Of a stretch of 64,000 nt of DNA, positions 18,324 through 27,058 are shown in pieces (position 1 is the first letter of the stretch; every line of letters starts with the position of its first letter). The notes below the pieces were generated by a model, which saw nothing but the letters and a program-made list of their open reading frames with translations, was not told the DNA's origin and did no database searches. This DNA comes from Candidatus Marinamargulisbacteria bacterium SCGC AG-343-D04 (lineage in GTDB: Bacteria; Margulisbacteria; Marinamargulisbacteria; GCA-2716485; GCA-002719695). The position numbers and the translations under genes are program-made. Where the stretch lies: contig QFBQ01000002.1 of the NCBI GenBank assembly GCA_003265885.1, positions 2,358-66,357 on the forward strand, given 5' to 3'.

Positions 18324-19724
18324 TTATATTGAAGCTAAAATGGAATTAACTACTAGTTTTGTATTATATGATTCATCAAAACAAGTGAGCAAGCTTTTAT
18401 AATCCCTATCTACAAGTCCGTCTCCAAAGTGCTCTGTTAGAGATCTTACTTCTTTTTGAATATCAATGTCATTATTCTTCCATGATACTACTTCTTCATA
18501 AGTCACTTTATTTTTATACCAAAAAACACCAGGCAAGTTGTTGTACCATGCATAACCAAATGTTATTAATGGTTTTTTCATTTGTATCGCTTCCCACCCA
18601 GTATTTCCTGATGAGAGTGCTACGCATTGACAATTTTTGATTAGTTCAAAAGAGCTAAATTTTCCAGAAATAAGTGTGGTATTTCGGATGTTATTTAGCC
18701 GTTCAAAAAAGCCAGTGCTTCTCATGGATTCCATTTGCTTTGGGTTTTCTTTAATATAAATTTTTACATTCTTAGGTATCCATCGTGATACCGTCTCAAT
18801 AATTTTCACTTGCTCTGTATAGTTTCCCCCTAAAGTTGCGGATGATAATTCGGGTTGGTATGGTAATGGTATGTAGACATAAGGCACTGAAAGGTCAACC
18901 TTGTTTTTACTGTAGGTTTTCATATTTTGTATATAGGTTTTTAATATAGGTATTCTAAATCTCCTGCCATTGGCATCTAAGAAATGTGCTATGTGGCTAA
19001 AATTTCCTATTAAGAAAGAAATAATGAGTTTTATTTTATTTTCTTTAAGCAAGCTTTCGAGAGAAAAGTTTTTTTTCAATTCTTTTAATGAAAACACGGC
19101 ATCTTCAATGTTAGTCATATAGAAAAGTTTTGCTGGTTTTCCTGAAAATTCATACTTATAGTTACTTTTTTTGTATAACTTAGGTCTTGTTTGAGTAATA
19201 TTTCCAAATTCTTCAATGGAGTTGATAATAATAAATTTTCCAGGGAAAATAGTTTGCATACATAATCGTGTTTTTATGTTTAGTATTTTAGCCATTTTAT
19301 AAAGTACAAAATCGGCTCCTTCATGAAAAATATTTGCATGAATAACTAAATTAATGTTTTCACGAGTTAATTTTTCATAAAAAAAATGAACTAACCGATA
19401 GAATAAGTAGATATCATCATCTACAGATCTTGAAATAACTTTTTCATTTGCACAAAAGTTTATTTGATGACGCACCTGCATTAATAAAAATTCTTCTAAA
19501 AACTTTTGGGCCTTTATTATTATATCCTCAGGAGCTAGAGGGGTTTTTTCGATTTTTTGAAATATAAATAAGTCATCGTAGTAGTATATTAATGCCTTTG
19601 ACCAAGGAATCTTGTGGCGAGTTTGCTTTACCCATACTTTAATATTTAGATCACCCTTCTTTTCTAATTCCCTGAGAATATTAGGATTACATTTATTATC
19701 AAAGCCCCAAGCAAAAACATTCAC
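18324..19724 (-). CDS. putative GT-B-like polysaccharide/nonulosonic-acid transferase, paralog 1
   Basis: 466 aa with a GTG start overlapping the upstream stop (GTGA). It shares with its neighbour the motifs HEG.D.VLY, Y[VI][YP][FL]P[LY][HQ].QPELS..TLG, IY[IV]KENP.Q.ES, SG.[TA]GWE and KKP...FG.AWY. This layout resembles capsule-biosynthesis-type GT-B transferases, but I cannot name the family. Confidence 0.45.
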   Translation of the reverse strand: MNVFAWGFDNKCNPNILRELEKKGDLNIKVWVKQTRHKIPWSKALIYYYDDLFIFQKIEKTPLAPEDIIIKAQKFLEEFLLMQVRHQINFCANEKVISRSVDDDIYLFYRLVHFFYEKLTRENINLVIHANIFHEGADFVLYKMAKILNIKTRLCMQTIFPGKFIIINSIEEFGNITQTRPKLYKKSNYKYEFSGKPAKLFYMTNIEDAVFSLKELKKNFSLESLLKENKIKLIISFLIGNFSHIAHFLDANGRRFRIPILKTYIQNMKTYSKNKVDLSVPYVYIPLPYQPELSSATLGGNYTEQVKIIETVSRWIPKNVKIYIKENPKQMESMRSTGFFERLNNIRNTTLISGKFSSFELIKNCQCVALSSGNTGWEAIQMKKPLITFGYAWYNNLPGVFWYKNKVTYEEVVSWKNNDIDIQKEVRSLTEHFGDGLVDRDYKSLLTCFDESYNTKLVVNSILASI

Positions 19725-21124
19725 TGTTGAATTTTTTTTCGAAGAATATCTATCAAAGCTTTTTGATTATTTGATTCATTGTAACTGGAATAATTAGCGG
19801 TATATGCTTCATAAAATATTCCGTCAAAGAACTTTGATGTAATAGAAGCTATTTCTTTTTTTAATAAGTTCAGATCTATTTTTGTTGTAGTGATGCTTTC
19901 ATAAGTTGGATTATTCCTAATATGAAAAATCCCAGGCAAAGGTTTATACCAAGCTAATCCAAAAATTAATGCTGGTTTTTTTAATAATATAGATTCCCAC
20001 CCTGCTGTTCCAGATATGGTAGCCGTGAACTCTGCATTTTTAATTAAAGATATCGAATCTATTTCGTGATCTAAAAGAACTACATTTTTGATTTGGAATA
20101 ATCTATCAAAAAAATCTATAGGACGATGAGATTCCCATTGATAAGGATTTTCTTTAACATAAATTTTTACATTTTCAGGGATCAGTCCAGATAATTCTTC
20201 AATGGGTCTGAGTTGGTCGTAGTATTTGTCTCCTAAAGTATCTGTAGATAATTCAGGTTGTAAATGTAAGGGGAAATAAACATATTTGTCGTTCTTATTT
20301 ATTTTTTTTGTTGCATATTTTTTGTATAATTCAATATACTTTTTTAACTTTGTAATTCGTGATCCAGGTCCACGATTATTTAAAACACTAGATATCGCTT
20401 TATATTCTCCTAAAATCATAAATTTAATTAATTTCCATTTATGTTTTTTTATATACTCTTTAAATGTATAGTTGTTCTTCAACTCATCTAACTGAGTCTC
20501 CGCAGAGATTGTTTTCTTCATATAAAATGGTTTTTGTAAAAAAGTATCAATATTTATATCGATTGGTTTAGATACAATTGGCATGTTTTTGTCTGACATT
20601 TCAATATCTTCAATATTATTGATACATAGACATTTGTTTGGGAAAATTGTCTGATATAACAACAGCGTTTTAACTTTTAAAGCTTTTGCTACGATATATA
20701 AAACATAATCTGGTCCTTCGTGTGGAAAATTGTTAAATATTACAAGATTAATTTTTTTGCTCTTTAGAATCGAATAAAAATAATGAATTAATCGATAATA
20801 CAAGTGGTAATCATCGTATATATTGCGAGTTACAACGCATTCTAGAGGGTATTTATGAATTTGATGGCGAGAATTCATAACCATAAAACGAAACCTACAG
20901 GGCTCTAATTCATCAAATAGATCTAACGGAGGGTTGTTATCTTCAATTTTAAATTTATTTTGGATATATAAGTCGTAATAGAGGTCTGTTTTTTCACACT
21001 TTAACTTTGGTGTCTCGCTACAATCATGGATCCAATATTTTGGATCAATGATCTTTTGTTTTTTTAGTTCAATTAAAACATTTATTAATAAGGGACTGCT
21101 AAATCCATGTATTGCTGCATTCAT
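19721..21124 (-). CDS. putative GT-B-like polysaccharide/nonulosonic-acid transferase, paralog 2
   Basis: 467 aa, colinear with and clearly homologous to 18324-19724 (same motif set, for example YVYFPLHLQPELSTDTLG, ISGTAGWESILLKKPALIFGLAWY). It is the first gene of the minus-strand cluster. Confidence 0.45.
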   Translation of the reverse strand: MNAAIHGFSSPLLINVLIELKKQKIIDPKYWIHDCSETPKLKCEKTDLYYDLYIQNKFKIEDNNPPLDLFDELEPCRFRFMVMNSRHQIHKYPLECVVTRNIYDDYHLYYRLIHYFYSILKSKKINLVIFNNFPHEGPDYVLYIVAKALKVKTLLLYQTIFPNKCLCINNIEDIEMSDKNMPIVSKPIDINIDTFLQKPFYMKKTISAETQLDELKNNYTFKEYIKKHKWKLIKFMILGEYKAISSVLNNRGPGSRITKLKKYIELYKKYATKKINKNDKYVYFPLHLQPELSTDTLGDKYYDQLRPIEELSGLIPENVKIYVKENPYQWESHRPIDFFDRLFQIKNVVLLDHEIDSISLIKNAEFTATISGTAGWESILLKKPALIFGLAWYKPLPGIFHIRNNPTYESITTTKIDLNLLKKEIASITSKFFDGIFYEAYTANYSSYNESNNQKALIDILRKKIQQ

Positions 21125-21406
21125 ATTTATCTTTATGATACAGTATTATATTTTGTTAATAAACAACATCTTCACTCTTTGGACTAACTACTTTCTTAAT
21201 TATGGTAGAGATATAAAATTGGCCTAAAATTCTTCGCAAAACTTTCATACAAATAATGGCGCTAGGTGTGATGTTTTATTTAAGTGAACAAAAGAGAATT
21301 ATATGTTTTTTTGAAAAAATAAACTGTTTTTTTATTTTTAAAAATATCTCCAAAATCCTTTTGAGATTGTATAATCAATAAAAAAGTGTCTTAATATAAA
21401 ATTGTT

Positions 21407-21961
21407 ATGAATTTGCTTTCTCAAGATATTTTTTCATTGAGCACAATAGATTTTGCAAAACGAATTTTAGGGTGCTCTTTGATTTATGAAAATAAAGAGA
21501 TATCTTTAGGAGGTATCATAACAGAAGTTGAAGCCTACACTGAAGAAGATCCCGCTTGTCATGCCTATTTAGGAAAAAAAACCAAACGAAATGCTCCAAT
21601 GTTTGCTAAAGCGGGGACTATTTATATGTATATGATTTATGGTATGTATTATTGTTTAAATATTGTGACAGAAGAAGAAGGCCGTGGATGTGCTGTTCTT
21701 ATTCGCTCGATTGATCCAAAATATAATATCGAGATTATGCAAGAAAATAGAAAGCTTTCGTCTTCAAAGAATATTTCTAATGGTCCGGGGAAGTTAGTCC
21801 AAGCCCTTTCGATTCCTATGTCATTAAATGGTCAGATGTTTAACGAATCTTCTTTGAAAATTTTAGATGCAGGGGGTGATGTTAAAGAGATTGAAAGTTC
21901 CTCTCGAATTGGTATTGCGAAGGGTAAAGAATTGCCTTGGAGATTTGTTTGTCGTCTTTAG
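21407..21961 (+). CDS. mpg: DNA-3-methyladenine glycosylase (Mpg/AAG family)
   Basis: 184 aa. Motifs are FAKRILGCSLIY, GGIITEVEAYTEEDPACHAY, GTIYMYMIYGMYYCLNIV, GCAVLIRSIDP and NGPGKLVQAL. Confidence 0.85.
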   Translation: MNLLSQDIFSLSTIDFAKRILGCSLIYENKEISLGGIITEVEAYTEEDPACHAYLGKKTKRNAPMFAKAGTIYMYMIYGMYYCLNIVTEEEGRGCAVLIRSIDPKYNIEIMQENRKLSSSKNISNGPGKLVQALSIPMSLNGQMFNESSLKILDAGGDVKEIESSSRIGIAKGKELPWRFVCRL

Positions 21962-22107
21962 CCGCTATATTATGTTTTTGTAAAGTTTTTTTAATAATCT
22001 TTTTTTAGGTTTATTGAATTTTCTAGTACAGCATTTTTAGGAGAAAAAACTCTCTTTTTTTCATGATTTGTATTTTTAAATATTCTTTTAAAAGAAGTTG
22101 AGATTAA

Positions 22108-22182
22108 TGGTAGCCCTACGGGGATTCGAACCCCGGCTGCCAGGATGAAAACCTGGTGTCCTAACCCCTAGACGATAGGGCC
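22108..22182 (-). tRNA. tRNA-Glu (anticodon UUC), CCA encoded
   Basis: The reverse complement reads GGCCCTATCGTCTAGGGGTTAGGACACCAGGTTTTCATCCTGGCAGCCGGGGTTCGAATCCCCGTAGGGCTACCA. It folds by hand into a cloverleaf: 7-bp acceptor stem (G1-U72 wobble), D stem GTCT/GGAC, anticodon stem CCAGG/CCTGG with loop TTTTCAT (anticodon TTC), and T arm CGGGG-TTCGAAT-CCCCG. Confidence 0.9.
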
Positions 22183-22198
22183 ACGCTAGAGGATATCT

Positions 22199-22228
22199 AT
22201 ATTATCAAACTGTATTCATTTATGTAAA
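22199..22228 (-). promoter_or_regulatory. candidate promoter of tRNA-Glu
   Basis: On the minus strand, TTTACA (22228-22223) is followed by an 18-nt spacer and TAATAT (22204-22199), ending 16 nt upstream of the tRNA 5' end. This is a sequence match only. Confidence 0.3.
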
Positions 22229-22275
22229 TAATTTTCTTGCAAGTTTCTTTGAAAAACTTTCGTAATTCTATTGTC

Positions 22276-23028
22276 ATGATAGAACAAGTATGGGGGAACT
22301 CGAATCAGCGTGTGCAACAACACGTATTTTCTGAAAGGTATTCTGAACAGGATTTCTCCCTTCATGATTCCGATCAATTTCATAATTCCGATTACGACTC
22401 TCCTCCCAAAAATGAATTTGGTTTTGATTTTTCTCATTCTACTCTTGGGGAAAACAATAACCTTGATAGCTTTTTGTCTTCTTTAAAACCCTCTCACTCT
22501 AATACAATGTTCCAATTTCGGGATAATGCCATTAATGACAATGGATTTGTTAAACTCTGTAATTTTCTCAAAAATGATACTACGGTGAAACATCTCATAT
22601 TAGATCAAAATCAAATTATTATCTCAGAATTTGCGAAAGCCGCTGTTATGGACATGCTTAAAGTGAATCACTATATTGGGTGGCTTGTCTTAAGTGGTAA
22701 CGCGATTAGTAATATCGGGGCAGGCTATCTTGCTGAAGCTTTAAAAGATAATACATCGCTTAAACATCTTATTCTTTCCGATAACGATATTGGAAATGAA
22801 GGGATCACTTCCTTGTTAATTTCTCTAAAAGATCACCCTACCCTCGAATCTCTTTTTATTTCTGGAAACCCATTTGATGAAGGTGTTTTCCCAGAACTCT
22901 GTACATTTATTTCTGAATCAAGATCTCTTAAACGTGTTGACATTAGATCTTTGGATCTTTCTGCTTCAAACCTTTGTCATCTTCTTGCATTATGTCAAAA
23001 GCATTGTGTAAGATTAATGTATGAATGA
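22276..23028 (+). CDS. leucine-rich-repeat protein, ribonuclease-inhibitor (RI/NLR) type, eukaryote-like
   Basis: It carries about five ~28-residue repeats of the RI type (TVKHLILDQNQI..., WLVLSGNAISNIGAGYLAEALKDNTSLKHLILSDNDIGNEGITSLLISLKDHPTLESLFISGNPF). These follow an ~85-aa Ser/Asn/Asp/Phe-rich N-terminus. The start is uncertain (track TTG 22237, first ATG 22276). The stop overlaps the next gene's ATG by 8 nt. Confidence 0.7.
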   Translation: MIEQVWGNSNQRVQQHVFSERYSEQDFSLHDSDQFHNSDYDSPPKNEFGFDFSHSTLGENNNLDSFLSSLKPSHSNTMFQFRDNAINDNGFVKLCNFLKNDTTVKHLILDQNQIIISEFAKAAVMDMLKVNHYIGWLVLSGNAISNIGAGYLAEALKDNTSLKHLILSDNDIGNEGITSLLISLKDHPTLESLFISGNPFDEGVFPELCTFISESRSLKRVDIRSLDLSASNLCHLLALCQKHCVRLMYE

Positions 23029-24142
23029 TTCATATGCACAACTTCTCGTCAATTACTGCCTTTCTATTAAACCTAAACAACGTGTTCTTGTACGCTCTTC
23101 TAGTATAGCCACTCCTTTATTGCAATCTCTATATGAAGAACTACTAAAAAAGGGAGCTTATGTTGAACATATGATCTCATTTGAAGACCAAGATCGTCTC
23201 TTTTATGATCATGCTAATTCAGATCAGCTTTCTCATATCTCCTCTTTTTATGAAAAAGCGGTTCGAGAATATGACGCTATTATGTCTATTGGATCCCCGT
23301 TTAATGTGAAATCAACAGCCTCTGTTGACCAAGAAAAAAAGAAAATAGCCCAAAAAGCCATGACTGATATTCGTAAAGTTTTCATGGAACGTTCTGCAAA
23401 AAAGGAGCTAGCATGGGTTTTAGCGGTCTACCCTACTCAATCAGCGGCCCAAGAATCTGGACTTTCTTTACATGAATATTCAGACTTTGTTCATCATGCA
23501 TGTATGTTATATAATGAAAATCCTTCAGATTCCTGGAAAAGGCTCTCTTCTTCTCAAGAAAAAATTGTTCAACGTTTAAATCAAGGTTCTACTTTGAGAT
23601 ATAAACATGCTGATACTGATTTATCTTTTTCTATTAAAGGACGAATTTGGATTAACTCAGATGGCAAATATAACATGCCTTCTGGAGAAGTGTTTTCTTC
23701 ACCAGTTGAGAACTCAGTTAATGGTCATATTCATTTTGATATTCCTACCGTATATGATGGCAAAGATGTGGAATCTATTCATCTGGACATCAAAGATGGA
23801 ATTATTCAAGACTGGGACGCCAAAGTGGGAAAAGATGTTTTAGACCGTGTTTTTAGTATCGACGGAGCTAGACAATTTGGAGAAGTTGCAATTGGAACGA
23901 ATTATTCTATTAAAACACCTACTAAAAATATTTTGTTTGATGAAAAAATCGGTGGCACTATTCATATGGCAGTAGGTGCATCTTATCCTGAAACAGGAGG
24001 GCTTAATGAATCTGCTGTTCACTGGGATATGATTAAGACTATGTCAGATGGGGGGCTCATATATTTGGATGACGAACTTATCTACGAAAATGGTCGCTTT
24101 ATTATCGATGAAGCCGCTGACTTAAATACTCTTTTTAATTAG
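23021..24142 (+). CDS. M29-family aminopeptidase (AmpS/PepS-like)
   Basis: 373 aa. Motifs are LLVNYCLSIKPKQRVLV, GEVFSSPVENSVNGHIHFD, FGEVAIGTN, FDEKIGGTIHMAVGASYPETGG and AVHWDMI. Confidence 0.85.
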   Translation: MNDSYAQLLVNYCLSIKPKQRVLVRSSSIATPLLQSLYEELLKKGAYVEHMISFEDQDRLFYDHANSDQLSHISSFYEKAVREYDAIMSIGSPFNVKSTASVDQEKKKIAQKAMTDIRKVFMERSAKKELAWVLAVYPTQSAAQESGLSLHEYSDFVHHACMLYNENPSDSWKRLSSSQEKIVQRLNQGSTLRYKHADTDLSFSIKGRIWINSDGKYNMPSGEVFSSPVENSVNGHIHFDIPTVYDGKDVESIHLDIKDGIIQDWDAKVGKDVLDRVFSIDGARQFGEVAIGTNYSIKTPTKNILFDEKIGGTIHMAVGASYPETGGLNESAVHWDMIKTMSDGGLIYLDDELIYENGRFIIDEAADLNTLFN

Positions 24143-24828
24143 CTCTTTTTTGTTGTTAATGACAGTAAATATAAGCCTTCCATAAAACCCCAAGCCGGAG
24201 CTGCAATCATGGCTCCCATGGCCACTAGATAAATGAGTGGAACATATACAAAAGCATGTGCAATGGCTGTTAAAATATTTCCAACTCCCCATAGAAGTCC
24301 AAGTACTATTAATAATTTTGGAATATCTTTATTGTTGAAGCCCATTACACTAACAGAAATAAACCATACCCCAGGTAATCCTAACGAAATGAAAAATAGC
24401 ATAGGATTTGCAACCCCAAGTACAATAATAGTATCTTTTATCAGCTGAGGTTGAGTGACGTATTGAGATGCTATTTTAGGGATAATACTAATATCTATAA
24501 TGCATTGAAAAATACCGAAAGCATACCCAATAATTGCCAATACGGAAATCCAAGAAACCCATCCCTTATTATTTTCTCTACTTAATGCTGAAAAACAACA
24601 TACAACACCTATCATCGTAATATTTGCAATGAGCATGAAAATCTTTAAGTTTATAAACAAGTCCTCAACTTGAAGAAAATCATTGAAAAATGTCTCTGTT
24701 GCAATATAAGTCGCAATTGAAGGAGGCATCATGAAGGCGAATATGACGACCATTAAATATGAAATTCCTGCAATAATAGAACAAAAGGCTCCTGTTTTGC
24801 AGTAACTATTTTTTTCTATTTCATTCAT
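24139..24828 (-). CDS. multi-pass membrane protein of unknown function (recalled as DUF4386-like)
   Basis: 229 aa with 6-7 hydrophobic segments and no catalytic motif that I recognise. It overlaps the aminopeptidase stop tail-to-tail by 4 nt. Confidence 0.5.
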   Translation of the reverse strand: MNEIEKNSYCKTGAFCSIIAGISYLMVVIFAFMMPPSIATYIATETFFNDFLQVEDLFINLKIFMLIANITMIGVVCCFSALSRENNKGWVSWISVLAIIGYAFGIFQCIIDISIIPKIASQYVTQPQLIKDTIIVLGVANPMLFFISLGLPGVWFISVSVMGFNNKDIPKLLIVLGLLWGVGNILTAIAHAFVYVPLIYLVAMGAMIAAPAWGFMEGLYLLSLTTKKS

Positions 24829-24868
24829 ATATACTCTCTTTTCACTCTAATTATTTTTTTTAAACCCA

Positions 24869-24897
24869 TTGACCTATTCTCTGCGTCTTTTTACTAT
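24869..24897 (+). promoter_or_regulatory. candidate sigma70-type promoter of the men operon
   Basis: TTGACC (24869-24874), 17-nt spacer, TACTAT (24892-24897), about 35 nt upstream of the menB start region. This is a sequence match only. Confidence 0.4.
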
Positions 24898-24929
24898 ACA
24901 TAATAAATAAAAATTTGATTAGAGAGGGT

Positions 24930-25766
24930 ATGGGAATGACAACAATAACAAAGCAAACATGGAAGACGGTTAAAACGTATACAGATATCTTGTATGAAAA
25001 ACAAGAAGGGATTGCAAAACTTACAATTAATCGACCGGAAGTTAGGAACGCTTTTCGACCATTAACCGTTTCTGAGTTGATGGATGCTTTAGATCATGCA
25101 CGCATGGATGATGAAGTTGGGGTAATTATTTTAACTGGTTATGGAGAAAAGGCTTTTTGTTCTGGGGGAGATCAAAAAATTCGTGGAGATAAAGGGTATA
25201 AAGATGGTTCTGGGACCATGCATTTAAATGTTTTAGAATTTCAGCGTCGTATTCGGACTTGCCCTAAACCAGTTGTAGCTATGATTGCTGGGTATGCTAT
25301 TGGAGGTGGTCATATTTTACATATGATATGCGATATCTCAATTGCAGCTGATAATGCTATTTTCGGACAAACTGGTCCAAAGGTAGGGTCTTTTGATGGA
25401 GGCTATGGGGCTAGCTATATGGCTCGTATTGTAGGTCAAAAGAAGGCACGAGAAATTTGGTTTTTGTGCAGACAATATTCAGCACAAGAAGCGCTTGATA
25501 TGGGTTTAGTTAATAAAGTTGTGTCTTATGATCAACTGGAGACTGAAACTGTTCAGTGGTGCCAAGAGATTCTTCAACACTCTCCTATGGCTATTCGTTG
25601 TTTAAAATCGGCCTTAAATGCAGATTGTGATGGACAAGCTGGGTTACAGGAGTTAGCTGGGAATGCGACGATGTTGTTTTATATGTCTGAAGAAGGACAA
25701 GAAGGACGAAATGCGTTTAATGAAAAACGTAAACCAGATTTCAAAAAATTTGGAAGACAACCCTAA
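24930..25766 (+). CDS. menB: 1,4-dihydroxy-2-naphthoyl-CoA synthase
   Basis: Crotonase fold with [60 protein letters not shown] and [17 protein letters not shown]. The start is ambiguous (TTG 24915, ATG 24930 or ATG 24936); an AGAGAGGG purine run lies at 24921-24928. Confidence 0.9.
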   Translation: MGMTTITKQTWKTVKTYTDILYEKQEGIAKLTINRPEVRNAFRPLTVSELMDALDHARMDDEVGVIILTGYGEKAFCSGGDQKIRGDKGYKDGSGTMHLNVLEFQRRIRTCPKPVVAMIAGYAIGGGHILHMICDISIAADNAIFGQTGPKVGSFDGGYGASYMARIVGQKKAREIWFLCRQYSAQEALDMGLVNKVVSYDQLETETVQWCQEILQHSPMAIRCLKSALNADCDGQAGLQELAGNATMLFYMSEEGQEGRNAFNEKRKPDFKKFGRQP

Positions 25767-25769
25767 AAT

Positions 25770-26102
25770 ATGCGTTTATTTCATAACCCTCGGTGCTCAA
25801 AATCTCGTCAGGCCTTAGCCTTATTAAACGACTCAAATAAAACATTTGAGATTATTCATTATCTCGTTGAGGGTATTCAAAGAGAGGATTTAAAACGTGT
25901 GTTTCATTTTCTTAGTGATGATTATCATTCGCTTATTCGGGCTAAAGAAGCGGCTGCATATGGATATAGTAACCAGGATTCTTTAGACGACGTGTTTAAC
26001 TTGATTTTGGAGCATCCTTCTCTTTTACAAAGACCTCTTTTGCTGTCTTCATCGTTTGCTATTGTGGCGAGACCTCCTGAGCTCATCCATTCGTGTCTAT
26101 GA
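25770..26102 (+). CDS. ArsC/Spx-family (glutaredoxin-fold, YfgD-like) protein
   Basis: 110 aa. LFHNPRCSKSRQALALL...LLQRPLL is the ArsC-family N-terminal Cys motif. It sits between menB and menC, 3 nt after the menB stop. Confidence 0.7.
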   Translation: MRLFHNPRCSKSRQALALLNDSNKTFEIIHYLVEGIQREDLKRVFHFLSDDYHSLIRAKEAAAYGYSNQDSLDDVFNLILEHPSLLQRPLLLSSSFAIVARPPELIHSCL

Positions 26103-27058
26103 CCGTTACTCTGTCGTATATCCCCTATACGATACCCTTTAAAAAGCCTTTTTATATTGGACACGAGTGTGTGCAAGAAAAATCTGGAATTTTTGTATGT
26201 ATACAAGATGAAGGGGGGCTAGGGATTGGGGATATTTCCCCTCTTCCTGGACTATCTTTGGAAACTCTTACTGATGTTGAACGTGAGTGTCAACGATGTT
26301 CTTCTATAACATTACCGTCTGTTTCCGATGATATAAAAGAAATGGAGATACCTTTGTTTTCTGAGCTTCCTTCTGTACAGTTTGGAATAGAATCTGCACT
26401 ATATTCTCTGTTAGATAGATCTTCATTTACAATCAAAATGAATAACTTGCTAATGCAAGGAGATGTATTTCGGGGTGAAGATTCCACTATGCATGTAAAA
26501 TATAAAGTGGGACGAGATTGTGACCAAGAGCTTCTTCACATTTTGACTCTTATTGATCGCTGTCCCTCTATTCAATTTCGCTTTGATACGAATGGATTGA
26601 TGAATCTGGACAAAAGTTGCGATTTTTTTTCTAAAATCCCTTCGTCTTATATAGATTATGTGGAAGACCCTTGTGACAACCCTGATGATTTTGATATTTT
26701 TCATCAACGAACAGGTCTTTCTTTTGCTCTTGATTATCGTCCGAATGTCTCTTCCTACACAAGATATTCTGCGGGTTTGAAGGCTCTTATTATTAAACCC
26801 ACCATTGTGGGGTCAATGAGATCTATAAAAGCTCTTCAGGCCGATTTTAAGAAGTGCTCTCTTGTTTTTTCATCATCCTTTGAGACGGCGGTGGGGATTA
26901 ATGCTATCGCTCGTTTGTCGTTTTATTTTAATCCAGATGGAGTTCATGGTTTAAGCACCTGTTCATATTTTCAAGAACCGTATTTATCGTCTTTAGAAAA
27001 ATCGTCTTGGGAATCACTGACATCGAATCGTTTATATGAATGGATAAACAGCTTATGA
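26099..27058 (+). CDS. menC: o-succinylbenzoate synthase (enolase superfamily)
   Basis: FRFDTNG, IDYVEDPC and LIIKPTIVGS match the D / E / D-metal-ligand and KP pattern of MenC-type enolase-superfamily members, and the gene sits between menB and menE. I chose ATG 26099 as the start (ATGA overlap with the upstream stop). The track start is GTG 26093. Confidence 0.75.
   Translation: MTVTLSYIPYTIPFKKPFYIGHECVQEKSGIFVCIQDEGGLGIGDISPLPGLSLETLTDVERECQRCSSITLPSVSDDIKEMEIPLFSELPSVQFGIESALYSLLDRSSFTIKMNNLLMQGDVFRGEDSTMHVKYKVGRDCDQELLHILTLIDRCPSIQFRFDTNGLMNLDKSCDFFSKIPSSYIDYVEDPCDNPDDFDIFHQRTGLSFALDYRPNVSSYTRYSAGLKALIIKPTIVGSMRSIKALQADFKKCSLVFSSSFETAVGINAIARLSFYFNPDGVHGLSTCSYFQEPYLSSLEKSSWESLTSNRLYEWINSL

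Noticed and set aside
21962-22107. 146-bp spacer downstream of mpg as a small RNA or small-protein locus (13-codon minus-strand ORF MKKREFFLLKMLY)
   Set aside because: It has no promoter/terminator pair and no stable structure that I could fold by eye. The mini-ORF has no RBS.
22108-22182. tRNA-Glu as the attachment site of a genomic island (Pse cluster on one side, LRR and effector genes on the other)
   Set aside because: I saw no integrase and no direct repeat of the tRNA 3' end elsewhere in the window. Housekeeping genes (mpg, men, rplY, nth, xth) are interspersed. The idea is not supportable from this sequence alone.
22216-22437. 73-aa minus-strand ORF, and the TTG 22237 start of the LRR ORF
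   Set aside because: The minus-strand ORF overlaps the LRR gene's N-terminus and runs into the tRNA promoter region, with no supporting signal. The TTG-start extension overlaps the candidate tRNA-Glu promoter. I report the first ATG (22276) but flag the start as uncertain.
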